Source of the DNA: a virus
Taxonomy: Duplodnaviria > Caudoviricetes
Reading direction: 5' to 3' (one strand)
Length of the DNA: 48,688 bases
Virus record (IMG/VR): IMGVR_UViG_3300044631_002939
Span: 1-48,688 of that record
The position numbers and the translations under genes were made by a program. Shown here one piece after another: positions 28,684-37,958 of this stretch. Positions within the stretch are counted from its first letter, which is position 1, and each line of letters begins with the position of its first letter. The notes below the pieces were generated by a model. It was not told the DNA's origin. It saw only the letters and a list, made by a program, of their open reading frames with translations, and did not search any database.

Positions 28684-29132
28684 TGACACTACCAGGAACA
28701 CTCTTAATCCCTGTTCTAGCCACCACTCCCCCCGAGTACGACCCCGAAACGGAAGTCCTCATCTCTCTCAACCCCGTTCGTGGCGAAGACGGGATGATGC
28801 GCCAGGCGTGGGCTGTCGGCCCGCGCATCCCTGATGGCGCTCGCTATCGAGCGTTCTACAACGGATTGATAACGACTGACGCCTATCAAGTAATTAAAAC
28901 TCAAACAGCAACCTCGCCGCAGCTGATGACGGCCAACCTGGAGCTAATTGCCAACCTAACCGATGCAAAGCTGGGCTTTGCTAATGTCGCCGCCCTGCAG
29001 CAGTCGCTGACAGACGTAGCCGTTGCAGCCACCAACCTAACCGTAGCCCACTGGGCGGAAATCGGGGGGTTGCTGGCAGCTAATGGCCTGGCGGACACCT
29101 ATCAGCTGCCTGGAGCTGAGATGGAGGGCTAA
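28683..29132 (+). CDS. Putative tail-fibre assembly/accessory protein
   Basis: TAATG-coupled to the fibre gene. PPEYDP...QAWAV motif. Confidence 0.55.
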   Translation: MTLPGTLLIPVLATTPPEYDPETEVLISLNPVRGEDGMMRQAWAVGPRIPDGARYRAFYNGLITTDAYQVIKTQTATSPQLMTANLELIANLTDAKLGFANVAALQQSLTDVAVAATNLTVAHWAEIGGLLAANGLADTYQLPGAEMEG

Positions 29133-29193
29133 GCCCGATGGGGGCAGAGCGGCGCAGCCCAATCTGATTAGCCTGGCATGATTCGTAGCGGCC

Positions 29194-29472
29194 ATGCTAA
29201 AACGCCAGGCCCATGGCCCCCCAATCAGCAGCGCTGGGGCTGAGCCATGGCTCAAAACACTGGCCTTGGCCATCGTAGCCCCAGCGGTATTGGCTATTGC
29301 CGGAGCGTTTTTGGCTTTGCAAATTGACAACGCCAGGGTCAATGCCAGGTTGGGCCAGCTGCTGGAGGCGCAGCGCGATGCCCGCAGCCTCTATCGCGAT
29401 GGGTTGGCGCGATTGGAAACCATCACCGAGAGGCTTGATGGCCGGCTGCGGCTGGTGGAGAACCGGCCATGA
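29194..29472 (+). CDS. Membrane-anchored coiled-coil protein (holin-like candidate)
   Basis: One hydrophobic segment (LALAIVAPAVLAIAGAFLAL), then a coiled coil ending RLRLVENR. Confidence 0.55.
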   Translation: MLKRQAHGPPISSAGAEPWLKTLALAIVAPAVLAIAGAFLALQIDNARVNARLGQLLEAQRDARSLYRDGLARLETITERLDGRLRLVENRP

Positions 29473-29723
29473 TCACCCGCATTTTCAGCAGCCTTACGGC
29501 TGGACATCTGGCCGCGGCGGTATTTGGCATGGCCCTGATCGGTCGCTGCGAAGTGGGGCCCCCGCCACCTGGTGGCTGGATTGCTTGCTGGCTTGGCGGT
29601 GGCCTGGTGGCTGGCGTACCAGGGCTGGCCCAAGCGGCACAGCAAATTGGCTACCTGAGAGGCTATAATACCTACAACCCAAACATCAAAGAGCCCCAGC
29701 AAATAGATCGCCCGCAGAGTTGA
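29469..29723 (+). CDS. Small membrane protein (holin candidate)
   Basis: Two hydrophobic segments, ATGA overlap, GYNTYNP C-terminus. Confidence 0.55.
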   Translation: MITRIFSSLTAGHLAAAVFGMALIGRCEVGPPPPGGWIACWLGGGLVAGVPGLAQAAQQIGYLRGYNTYNPNIKEPQQIDRPQS

Positions 29724-29727
29724 CGCA

Positions 29728-30072
29728 ATGCCCAGTATTACCACCTATCGATACGATTTCAAGCCAATCAAAAGGGGGTTTGACTTTAGCTGGGAGTTTG
29801 AATGGTTCGACGGTGCCGGCGCACCCTTGAATCTCACCGGCTCCAGTGTGAGCTGCGTGGTGTGGGACCGAAAAAAAACAGCAGTGCAAGCCACCCTTGC
29901 TACGCAATACATCAGCCTGTCGCCAGGACGAACCAGCCATGGATTTACAGCAGCCCAAACGGCCATACTGGATGGCAAGCTCCCTTATGAGCTGCGATTG
30001 CTGTTGCCGGATAGCACATTTCACTGCTACATGGATGGCCTGATGCCGTTTGTTGATTTCACCCCCCCATGA
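29728..30072 (+). CDS. BppU-N-like structural protein
   Basis: IKRG.DF.......PLNLTG......LT.AQTA.L....YEL....YMDG pattern. Confidence 0.6.
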   Translation: MPSITTYRYDFKPIKRGFDFSWEFEWFDGAGAPLNLTGSSVSCVVWDRKKTAVQATLATQYISLSPGRTSHGFTAAQTAILDGKLPYELRLLLPDSTFHCYMDGLMPFVDFTPP

Positions 30073-30242
30073 GTGGCCCAATCCTGCCCACTGCTGTGCA
30101 AGTGATCGAGGCTCAGCGAGAGCCGCTGAAGCTGCATCTGACCGTGCGGGGGCAGCAGGGGGTGCCAGGCCCTCCGGGCCCAGCAGCCGACACATCCGAC
30201 GCAGAAGCAACAGCCATTGCCATGGCTTTGATTTTCGGCTAA
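30069..30242 (+). CDS. 57-aa collagen-like mini protein (not in ORF track)
   Basis: MSGPILPTAVQVIEAQREPLKLHLTVRGQQGVPGPPGPAADTSDAEATAIAMALIFG. ATGA overlap upstream; stop lies 4 nt before the next ATG. Confidence 0.7.
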   Translation: MSGPILPTAVQVIEAQREPLKLHLTVRGQQGVPGPPGPAADTSDAEATAIAMALIFG

Positions 30243-30246
30243 CACC

Positions 30247-31995
30247 ATGAAAGGCCCCGTTCGCAATCCAAGCACATATCAATTCAACGCTGCAGACAGG
30301 AGTCTGACGTTTTTGGCGCCAATCCCCACGTTCCAAGGGCAAATTTTAGGCGCTTTTAACATCACTCGGCAAACATGGATTTATCTACCGCAAAAAGTTG
30401 GCGCAAACGGTGTTAGCTATACCGGCACATGGTCCAGCCCCACACTGGCGCTGGCTTTTGATACCACTGCGCATAGTAATACCGACTCGCTGCAGGTATT
30501 TTACGATGATGGGTTGACGGCTCAGGCTGTCGCGCCTGACGTGGAGGTGGGCGGCGGTGTGATCACCGCTAAAACTCAGCGATTCACGCTGGCGACCGAT
30601 GACCTAATTGCAGCTGCGCTGGGCTCGGATGGCATTAACTCGCCAACATTGCCGGGCGCTTCAACGGGTATTCGCGGTTGGCTGCGCTATCTAGCTGGCT
30701 TGCTACCTGCGCTGAACGCTGGACAAGTGCCGGTAACCGGCACGTTTTGGCAGGCCACTCAGCCAATCAGCGCCGTGTCTATGCCACTCCCTGCTGGCGC
30801 TGCCATTGCAGCACTCCAGCCAACATTAGGCACCGCCGGCAGCCCCAGCGCTGATGTGCTGACGGTGCAAGGGATTGCCAACGGCAATCCCTTGCCTGTT
30901 GTCGCATCGCCTAATGCGCCTATAGCTAGCAGCTACCAGCAGACAACGTCGGGGCCGCTAGCTGCCAATACAATCCTGATCGGCCCAATCAACTGCGCCA
31001 ATACGCGCATGTTGACATTGCAAACTATTTCAATGGGCACAGGAGGCATTATCACGTCGGAATGGTCTTTTGATAGCTCGTTCAGCGCTGGAGTAATTAC
31101 CGCGCAAATGTCAAGCGTCGCGAGTGGCGCTGTATCTACGGGCGTTTCGGCTGGTAGCTTTAGCATACCTGTTCTTCAACCTTGGTTTCGGGTGCGTCTT
31201 TCTGCTGCAACCACTGGAGGGATTACGCATGTTCAGCTACAGCAATGGAGCGAAACAGTGTTTACGCCCACTACCCAAGCAATTTTGCCGGTAACTGGTT
31301 CGGTTATTAGCGCAGCCCCATCCGCTAGCGTTACCGACGTGACTTCGTCGTCAATAAACGCCAGCACTACGTCACCTGTTGTAGCCCCCGCGGGGGGGCT
31401 TAGTTATGCTATTGAAATTCCAGTTAGCAGCATATCAGGAGCCAACGCTTGGATGGACGCCAGAATTGAGGAATCCGGCGACAGTGGGGGAAACTGGTAT
31501 ACAATTTACGACTTTTCACGCATTACCGCGAATGGCCAGTATCGAACTCCAAAATTGGCTTTCGGTGGCACACGGTGGCGCTACGTTCAGACTTTAAACA
31601 CCGGAACATCGCTTACCCGCTCAATAGTCAGAAATAGCTTTAATGATAGCATTGCTGCTATTCGCCAGCGCTATGACCGCACCATATCGCTAACTACTCA
31701 ACTTTCAGTGACGCCAGCCCTGATCGTTGGCAATTGCCGCAACCTGCAGATGGTGCTCAGCGCTGATGCTGTCGGCACCACTGCCCCGGTGGTGCAAATG
31801 CAGGGCACAGAGGACAATTGGCAGGCGGCATCAGCATTGTGGTACAACATTGGCGCACCGCTAACTGGAAACGCGTCTAATCCTGTGAGCAATACTGTTC
31901 CCAACGTCAATACCCAGGCTATTCGGGGGATTGTCACCACCGCTGGGGCCGGTGGCACCACAACCTTAAATTATGTACTGCTAAAAGGTTTTTAA
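30247..31995 (+). CDS. Secondary tail fibre/structural protein
   Basis: YQFNAA...FNITRQTWIY...FDTTAHSNTDSLQVFYDD N-terminus, VTGTFWQATQP motif, Ser/Thr-rich beta repeats. Confidence 0.65.
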   Translation: MKGPVRNPSTYQFNAADRSLTFLAPIPTFQGQILGAFNITRQTWIYLPQKVGANGVSYTGTWSSPTLALAFDTTAHSNTDSLQVFYDDGLTAQAVAPDVEVGGGVITAKTQRFTLATDDLIAAALGSDGINSPTLPGASTGIRGWLRYLAGLLPALNAGQVPVTGTFWQATQPISAVSMPLPAGAAIAALQPTLGTAGSPSADVLTVQGIANGNPLPVVASPNAPIASSYQQTTSGPLAANTILIGPINCANTRMLTLQTISMGTGGIITSEWSFDSSFSAGVITAQMSSVASGAVSTGVSAGSFSIPVLQPWFRVRLSAATTGGITHVQLQQWSETVFTPTTQAILPVTGSVISAAPSASVTDVTSSSINASTTSPVVAPAGGLSYAIEIPVSSISGANAWMDARIEESGDSGGNWYTIYDFSRITANGQYRTPKLAFGGTRWRYVQTLNTGTSLTRSIVRNSFNDSIAAIRQRYDRTISLTTQLSVTPALIVGNCRNLQMVLSADAVGTTAPVVQMQGTEDNWQAASALWYNIGAPLTGNASNPVSNTVPNVNTQAIRGIVTTAGAGGTTTLNYVLLKGF

Positions 31996-31996
31996 C

Positions 31997-32362
31997 ATGA
32001 ACACGATTCAAATGCTTGCCGGCAATGCCCAGGCGAAAAAAGCAGCGCTGGCCGTGCAAACCACGGCTTTAAATACTTACGAAGTAATACTAAATTCGTG
32101 GTGCTTAGCAATGGATACAATTTGGGCGGGCCCAGATCCTGTCGGATGCGTTGCCGAATTAGGCAACACTGCAGCTAAAATGTTTGCGCTTTCCCAGGCA
32201 TTTTGTGTGCTGCTAGAAGAGCTATCTCCTGGATGCACGGCCGAGCGACTGCAGCTGATGGCTGCATGGGATGTCTCATTGCATGTTGACGGCACGGCTA
32301 CTGTCGTTCGGCGAACGCCCCAACCGGAACTCACCCTAGGCAACGGTGAGTCATCGGGCTGA
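31997..32362 (+). CDS. Hypothetical protein (possible fibre chaperone)
   Basis: 121-aa ORF directly after the fibre gene. Confidence 0.65.
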   Translation: MNTIQMLAGNAQAKKAALAVQTTALNTYEVILNSWCLAMDTIWAGPDPVGCVAELGNTAAKMFALSQAFCVLLEELSPGCTAERLQLMAAWDVSLHVDGTATVVRRTPQPELTLGNGESSG

Positions 32363-32403
32363 CAAACAAGCAGCAAAAAAGTGTGCAGTAGCTTTTGCTG
32401 GCA

Positions 32404-33213
32404 TCAATAATCCCAGACATCCGCAGGCTGGCGGCCAGCCCCAGGCACAAACCCGCCGCCGCATCGGGTGTCCAGGTGAATGAATCCCTCGTTACGGCCA
32501 TCGCCAATGCCGCCAGTCCACCGCCCATAGATCCAGCTGTAAAATTCGTCCAGCGATCGGTCAATGGGGTAGACGTCCATCGCGCAGCCGGCAACATGCT
32601 GGCTGGCTCTGGCGCCGCCCAGCTGGCTGTTGATCGGCTCGGGGCGGTAGAAGCTGGTAACCCCCAACGGGCCGCCCCAGGCCCTGCGCACCGCATCAAA
32701 CTGGCGGGCGGTATTGAGCAACCGGCCAATGTCTGCGCTGTCAGACGGGGGGCGACGGCGCGGATCAAACTGCAGCACCTCTCCCACCGTCAGGTAGGAA
32801 CCCACCGCGGCGCTGAAATCGCTCCAATCAATTGCCCCACCGGGCAGCCCCGTTGGCAGCTCTGAAAACCCCCGCCAATGGGGCTGCCAGATGATCCAGG
32901 TGCCAGCCCCTGCCGCCAACTCCACCTGCACATGGGCGGTGCGGGGCAGCTCGGAAACCGCCACAACGCCAAAGCGTTGCCCACGGGCCGCGGCCAGCTT
33001 CTGTCCGGCTGGCAGCTCATCGGCGCGTGCGGCGCCTTTCTTGAGCCAGGTATCCGCCGTGGCTGTGATGGTCATCAACACCGGTTTGGCCAACCCTGGA
33101 TCTGGGGCCCTGCTTGCGCCTTGATCCACTGCTGGGCCATCGGCCGCGGTTTGGTCTTGATCGGAGCTGGAGCGCTGCGCCGGGGGGGCGCTGGCCTGGG
33201 GGCGTTTGCTCAT
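32404..33213 (-). CDS. Peptidase M15A-family endolysin with N-terminal SH3-like domain
   Basis: TSFYRP..N...GGA..SQH..G.AMD and FIHLDTR zinc-peptidase motifs. N-terminal DTWLKK...HVQVEL...W.IWQPHW domain. Confidence 0.85.
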   Translation of the reverse strand: MSKRPQASAPPAQRSSSDQDQTAADGPAVDQGASRAPDPGLAKPVLMTITATADTWLKKGAARADELPAGQKLAAARGQRFGVVAVSELPRTAHVQVELAAGAGTWIIWQPHWRGFSELPTGLPGGAIDWSDFSAAVGSYLTVGEVLQFDPRRRPPSDSADIGRLLNTARQFDAVRRAWGGPLGVTSFYRPEPINSQLGGARASQHVAGCAMDVYPIDRSLDEFYSWIYGRWTGGIGDGRNEGFIHLDTRCGGGFVPGAGRQPADVWDY

Positions 33214-33313
33214 CGGTATCAGCAGCAGCGGTTATTCAGTCTGAAGACAAGCCCCGCGAGTGTCCCAAGTGCGGGACACACGCGGGGCAACTGGTCTCTG
33301 AACAAGGGCGGCT

Positions 33314-34123
33314 TCAATCCTCGAACTCAAATGCCGTGGTGACCATCTCGCCATCAGGTCGGCGGGTGAACTCCTCCGCATAGGAAATCGCACCCGTTTG
33401 ATCCCTGTAAACAATTGATGTATTCAGATGCGGCTTAGCTGAGTCCTTGTGGAAGAAATAGCGCTTATGCCACCTGCGCTGTCTGTGGCCAGGCGTTGCC
33501 ACCTTCGCGCTGGCTATTCGGTCTTGAATAGGTGGATCAGCGTAGCCTCCTGCATTGAGAATCGGGCGTGTCAAAACACGCTTGACGCCTTGCCCGCGCC
33601 ATTTGGCTTGCGTCTGCTCCAACAACGTGAGCCCGTTTGTGATTGGCGATGGGGGCGGCTGGTCAATTGGCCGGAGATCGCAGAGGCGCAGCGATCCCAC
33701 CGGCAAATCAAACGTGACCAGGGGCTTGCCCATGAGCCCAGGAATCGGCTCTGGCCGCGCCAGCCACAGGTCGGTCTCACAAGGGGGGGGGGCATCGTGC
33801 CGGAAATCGCAGAAGCGCGGCAATTCCACCGCGCTCAACGTAACGCCAAAGATTACCGTGGCACTAGCTGGCAGTGCCATCTGAATTGTTTGAGTATTGA
33901 ACGAATCCCAAACTTGATATTCTTGACCAGAGCTGCGAATGTGAATGCCTGAGCAAAGAGCTTCGCAAAAGAAATGGGCTGGCACTTCCCTTTCGCAAAT
34001 AAATGGCCGCACGTCAGGGGGCTCGGCAATATCAACCCCCATGCCGCCAGCAGGGGCACTTCTGCCTCTCAAGGTCAGTCGCAGGGGGCCTGCGACAAAA
34101 TCATCAATCAAGTGGCGAGTCAT
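33314..34123 (-). CDS. Hypothetical protein
   Basis: 269-aa ORF with ATGA overlap to the upstream endonuclease. Confidence 0.65.
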   Translation of the reverse strand: MTRHLIDDFVAGPLRLTLRGRSAPAGGMGVDIAEPPDVRPFICEREVPAHFFCEALCSGIHIRSSGQEYQVWDSFNTQTIQMALPASATVIFGVTLSAVELPRFCDFRHDAPPPCETDLWLARPEPIPGLMGKPLVTFDLPVGSLRLCDLRPIDQPPPSPITNGLTLLEQTQAKWRGQGVKRVLTRPILNAGGYADPPIQDRIASAKVATPGHRQRRWHKRYFFHKDSAKPHLNTSIVYRDQTGAISYAEEFTRRPDGEMVTTAFEFED

Positions 34124-34557
34124 CGGGAACGATCCAAAATCAGTTGGCGAAGCTTTGGTAGCCAGATGCGCTCACCTTTGCCGTGAAGCAGCATCCCAGC
34201 AGTGAGGGCAAGACAAGCCCAGCCAGATAGCTGAGCTGTGAAATTTTTGATGGCATCACGCTCGATGCCAGGGCCGGTGCTATGGCCACCAACCACAAAG
34301 GTGGCGCCCTGGATCTCAACGCAGACCCGGGCAGCCGGCCAAGCAAAGTCCGCCCGGAACGGCACGGCACGAGTGACCAGCCCTAGGGACTTTTTTTCGC
34401 GAGCCCAGTCCCGCCAGCCAGGCACCACGTAATTCCGCTCGAAGGGCAGATCGGCGCAATCACGCAACCATTTGCCGGCAAAGGCATTTTCCAGCGGGCT
34501 ACCCCGAGTTGGCCCTGTGGCCGCGGCCGGTTTGCGGCGATAGATGCGGGTGCCCAT
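34120..34557 (-). CDS. PD-(D/E)XK (Vsr/DUF559-like) endonuclease
   Basis: FRADFAWP...VCVEIQG.....GHSTG.G...DAIK...AQLSGW. Confidence 0.8.
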   Translation of the reverse strand: MGTRIYRRKPAAATGPTRGSPLENAFAGKWLRDCADLPFERNYVVPGWRDWAREKKSLGLVTRAVPFRADFAWPAARVCVEIQGATFVVGGHSTGPGIERDAIKNFTAQLSGWACLALTAGMLLHGKGERIWLPKLRQLILDRSR

Positions 34558-35024
34558 TAATGAGGCCGGCTTTCATCGGGCAGCTCCAGGCTGCACAGCA
34601 GCTGGTGGGTGGCGGCCAGCTGCTGCTCAAGCGCTTGCACGCGCTCCAGGGCTTCCCGCAGCGGTGAACCATGCACCTGGCTGGCCAGGGCCCACACCTG
34701 GCAGGTGAGCCACAGGTTCTCCATGTCGAGGGTGTGGCGTGGCAACAGAAACAAATCCTCGGCGGCCTCCACGACCGCCACGGCCTGGTCGAGGTTGAGC
34801 GCCTGGCCATTGATCTCCACCCACTCCCCATAGGCCTTGTTAGGCCATTCGGCAGGGCGCTGCAGCCGCACCAGGGTGCCATCCGCCCGCAATCCCATCG
34901 ATCCGCAGCGAGCAATCAACAACAGGGGCGCGTGACCGGCTTTCGCATCGGCAACATCGGGCAGGAGGCAGCCGGCGGCATCGTGGAAGAAAGCCGCGGG
35001 CCGATTGTCAAGCTGCATTTCCAT
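34557..35024 (-). CDS. Hypothetical protein
   Basis: 155-aa ORF, TAATG-coupled to the endonuclease. Confidence 0.7.
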   Translation of the reverse strand: MEMQLDNRPAAFFHDAAGCLLPDVADAKAGHAPLLLIARCGSMGLRADGTLVRLQRPAEWPNKAYGEWVEINGQALNLDQAVAVVEAAEDLFLLPRHTLDMENLWLTCQVWALASQVHGSPLREALERVQALEQQLAATHQLLCSLELPDESRPH

Positions 35025-35291
35025 GGGATGGGGATGGATTCAGGTAATAGATCAGATTTTGTTGGGTCTTACGACCATTGAGCCTTGCAGCCGTCCCTCA
35101 AACCCACGTGGGGCTGGCATCAACGGCTGCCCTCGCTGGGACCGCCCAAGCTTGAATCAGCGGCTTGGCTCACCCAGAGGCCCTGCCGCTTGGCTGTTGG
35201 ACAGCTTGACGGCGGCCACCACCTGAACCGGGCAGTGGAGGGCATGGGGGCGGAGGCTCACACCCAAGGATCGGGCTGGTCTGCCCAGGCA

Positions 35292-36284
35292 TCAGGCGTG
35301 GACTCTGATGGCTGCGGGCTGCGGCTGGCTGACCGGTGCCGTGCCGTTCGCTGCGCCAGTGGGGCCAGCAGCAGCGCCAATTCGGCGGATATTGGCGGCC
35401 GGCAACGGCGGCGGCTTAGTCGAATCACCACCACCTGGTGGGCGGCCACCGCCCTGGCGACCACCACCACCGCCCCCTCCACCTGTGGGGTTGCCGTCGT
35501 CATCAATATCCGCAGGAAGAATCCCCATCACCGATAAAATGCCCATTCGCTTGGCGGTAGTGCAAGCCGCAGACCATTTCTGCATAGGGCTCCACAGTTT
35601 GTTTTCCTTCTGCAAGAGCGGTACATCGCACCAAATAAACCCACCAGCACTATGCACTAAATAAGTGCGGATCACGGAGTAATCGGCCAATACCACTTCT
35701 CGGTGGAAATGGCTCAATCCCTGGGCACCAGCTGTGCGGGCCAACGCGCTCACATCGCCAGGGGTGGCGAAATCGTAACTGGCTTTTTTGCCGTCGAGCG
35801 TCTCAATATTTGCTGTACCAGTTTTGCCCAGGCTGGGGGCCGCGGCCTGCCATTCAGCCAGGGCGGTAAACAGCTGAGCGAGCTGTTCTGGTGATGGGCG
35901 ATAGCCTATCACTTCATCCGGTGCATCGTGGGGCCTGGCTGAAGGGGGCGGCAACTCGCGCTCGCCAGGATCAGTGCGCTGATTCAAAACTGCAATCTGT
36001 TGCGCCAGAACTGCAATCTGTTGCGCCTCAATGGATTGAGCGTCGCCCATGCTCGCGACCTGAGCGTGGAGAGCGCTCATTTGCCCCTTGACCGTCTCGG
36101 CCCAGGCTCTCACTCCGTTGAGCCGGGCGTCGGCGGCGGCCTGCTGTTCGGTCAACTCCAAGACCGATGTGACCAAATACTGAGCCTTGGTTTGCGAGGC
36201 TGCTGGCTCTTTGGCCGCAGCGTCTGCGGTTTGCGGGCCTGGCGGTGGCGGCTCGGGCGTCAAAGCACGCGCTGGTTCATTCAT
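35292..36284 (-). CDS. ERF-family single-strand annealing protein with N-terminal coiled coil
   Basis: LFTALAEWQ, Y.FA, GLS, RTYLVHSAG, Q..SA.T.AKR..ILSV.GI...DDDGN motifs. Confidence 0.8.
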   Translation of the reverse strand: MNEPARALTPEPPPPGPQTADAAAKEPAASQTKAQYLVTSVLELTEQQAAADARLNGVRAWAETVKGQMSALHAQVASMGDAQSIEAQQIAVLAQQIAVLNQRTDPGERELPPPSARPHDAPDEVIGYRPSPEQLAQLFTALAEWQAAAPSLGKTGTANIETLDGKKASYDFATPGDVSALARTAGAQGLSHFHREVVLADYSVIRTYLVHSAGGFIWCDVPLLQKENKLWSPMQKWSAACTTAKRMGILSVMGILPADIDDDGNPTGGGGGGGGRQGGGRPPGGGDSTKPPPLPAANIRRIGAAAGPTGAANGTAPVSQPQPAAIRVHA

Positions 36285-36338
36285 GAGCCGGTATGGTGGG
36301 GGGGGGGGAGCGAACCCCTACCTTATCACGGATTCAGG

Positions 36339-36593
36339 ATGGTGGCTGCTTCTCCGATGCCGAGCGATGTGAATCTCCAGCTGATCGGCGACACGCTGGA
36401 GCTCTCCACGCACTCGGCTGAAACCGCAGACACCATCTGGCGACAGCGCAACACCTGGCTGCAGCTCTGGCCCTCCGCCCGGCTGCTGCTGCTGCGTTGG
36501 AGCTGTCCCGACAGCTCAGCCGAAATGGAAATCACCCACGAACGGGAACACGAACAGCACCGGCTGGCGCCAAGCCGCAGCATTTCCTGGTAG
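36339..36593 (+). CDS. Hypothetical protein
   Basis: ATG in the 36000..36593 frame, divergent from ERF. Fills the gap and points at a bidirectional terminator. Confidence 0.4.
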   Translation: MVAASPMPSDVNLQLIGDTLELSTHSAETADTIWRQRNTWLQLWPSARLLLLRWSCPDSSAEMEITHEREHEQHRLAPSRSISW

Positions 36594-36742
36594 AATGCAC
36601 CCATCCACACCCATCAACGGGTGCGGGGGCAGGGGTTGGCGCCCCTGAGGTTTCAGATAGAATCATTTCAATGGTTCTTGCTTGAGAAAACCAGCCACTG
36701 CATCGGCTACCAAACTTCTGCAGTGATTGGATTGATTGATCG

Positions 36743-36770
36743 AAAAAGCGGCCGCAATGGCCGCTTTTTT
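36743..36770. terminator. Bidirectional rho-independent terminator
   Basis: AAAAAGCGGCC-gcaat-GGCCGCTTTTTT, 12 nt past the stop at 36783. Confidence 0.8.
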
Positions 36771-36782
36771 GTTGGCCGGTGC

Positions 36783-37865
36783 TCAGCCTTGGGGCGGCTC
36801 CCCCCCCTCCAGCGAGTGGATGGGCAGTTGCTCCAGCTTCAACGCTTTGGCGCCGTGCCGCTGCGCCAATCGAGCCAGTCCAATTTTCACGGCCGCGGCC
36901 TCATCCAAAACCGCATCCACCGGCCAGGTGCCTCGGCCCGTGGCCACGTCCTGGATCCGTGCCAGCCGATCAGGATCGGAGCTTGGATAACACTGAACCC
37001 AAACGCCCCAATCATCCACCAGGTCGAGGCCTGCGTTTTTGATGCCGTCCCTGATGTCGCGGGCCACCTGGGCGCTGAGCTCGGCCGCGGCGCGATCGTC
37101 TAAATCTGGCCGCAGGATGGGGGGTTTGGTGTAGCCCAGGAACACGCTGAAAAATTCCTCGGCGCCGTAGGGACCCTGGGCGTCGGCAATCACAAGGCCC
37201 TCCAGGGCATGGCGCCGCAACCGCTCATCGCTGGGCGGCTCCATGGTGCCAGCCTTGATTGCCGCCAAGTATTCATTCAGACGCCCAAGAGTGTCGAACG
37301 TTATGCAAGTGGCAAGCCGCAGTAGTTGCCGCTGCATGTTGTTCAGCTGGCTGGGAAATACCCGACGCACAGAGGCAACAGCCTCCCAATCGGGGTTTGG
37401 TTCTTTCTCCTGCCGCCTCGGAAGTTCCTGCACCAATACGGCATGGCGGGCCTTCCACACATGGCCATTGGCCAACAGCAATTGGTCAGCCCGGTAACGG
37501 CTGCCAACGGCCATCTCGGGTATCGTCGGCGCCTCCAGCGCAATCACAGCCGCTTCCGCCAGGTCTGCCATGGCGGCATAACTCCAGCCCGATCGAGCCA
37601 TCCAGCAGCGCAACAGCTCCGCAAATACCGCTTGCCCTTCGGCATGCCGCTGCAGGGCCTTGGGCAGTTGTTGAGTCAATTGGTCCCGGCTGTTAGCTAT
37701 AGCTATTCTGCCCTGGTCAGAGCGCCCAGCGTGGTGGATGCCCCATCCATGCGGCGGAATGCAGCGCGAACAGGTTGACGGCGGAGCAGTTGCGCCCCAT
37801 TCTGGATTCTGTTCGCCTTCGGCGGCATAAAAAAGAGGGCGGGGCACCGCTGCCACCGCCCTCAA
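36783..37865 (-). CDS. Putative HTH-containing regulator (start uncertain)
   Basis: FAELLRCWMARSGWSYAAMADLA ... FPSQLNNMQRQ...FDTLGRLN resembles a split XRE-like HTH. Divergent from the replication gene. Confidence 0.55.
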   Translation of the reverse strand: MRAVAAVPRPLFYAAEGEQNPEWGATAPPSTCSRCIPPHGWGIHHAGRSDQGRIAIANSRDQLTQQLPKALQRHAEGQAVFAELLRCWMARSGWSYAAMADLAEAAVIALEAPTIPEMAVGSRYRADQLLLANGHVWKARHAVLVQELPRRQEKEPNPDWEAVASVRRVFPSQLNNMQRQLLRLATCITFDTLGRLNEYLAAIKAGTMEPPSDERLRRHALEGLVIADAQGPYGAEEFFSVFLGYTKPPILRPDLDDRAAAELSAQVARDIRDGIKNAGLDLVDDWGVWVQCYPSSDPDRLARIQDVATGRGTWPVDAVLDEAAAVKIGLARLAQRHGAKALKLEQLPIHSLEGGEPPQG

Positions 37866-37958
37866 GACCTTACACCGCAGTCATTCTATGGCATTTTTTG
37901 CTCCGTGCCACATTCGGGTGCCCATTCTTGATGCCGCCACTGCCAGGAGGGCATCCTG

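Noticed and set aside
24127-31995. Diversity-generating retroelement acting on fibre genes
   Set aside because: No reverse transcriptase and no template/variable repeat pair noticed.
32371-32400. Terminator between convergent tail and endolysin genes
   Set aside because: Only a weak AT-rich stem with a long loop; not supportable.
35988-36030. 21-bp tandem duplication in the ERF gene
   Set aside because: A simple in-frame heptad duplication (QQIAVLA) in a coiled coil.
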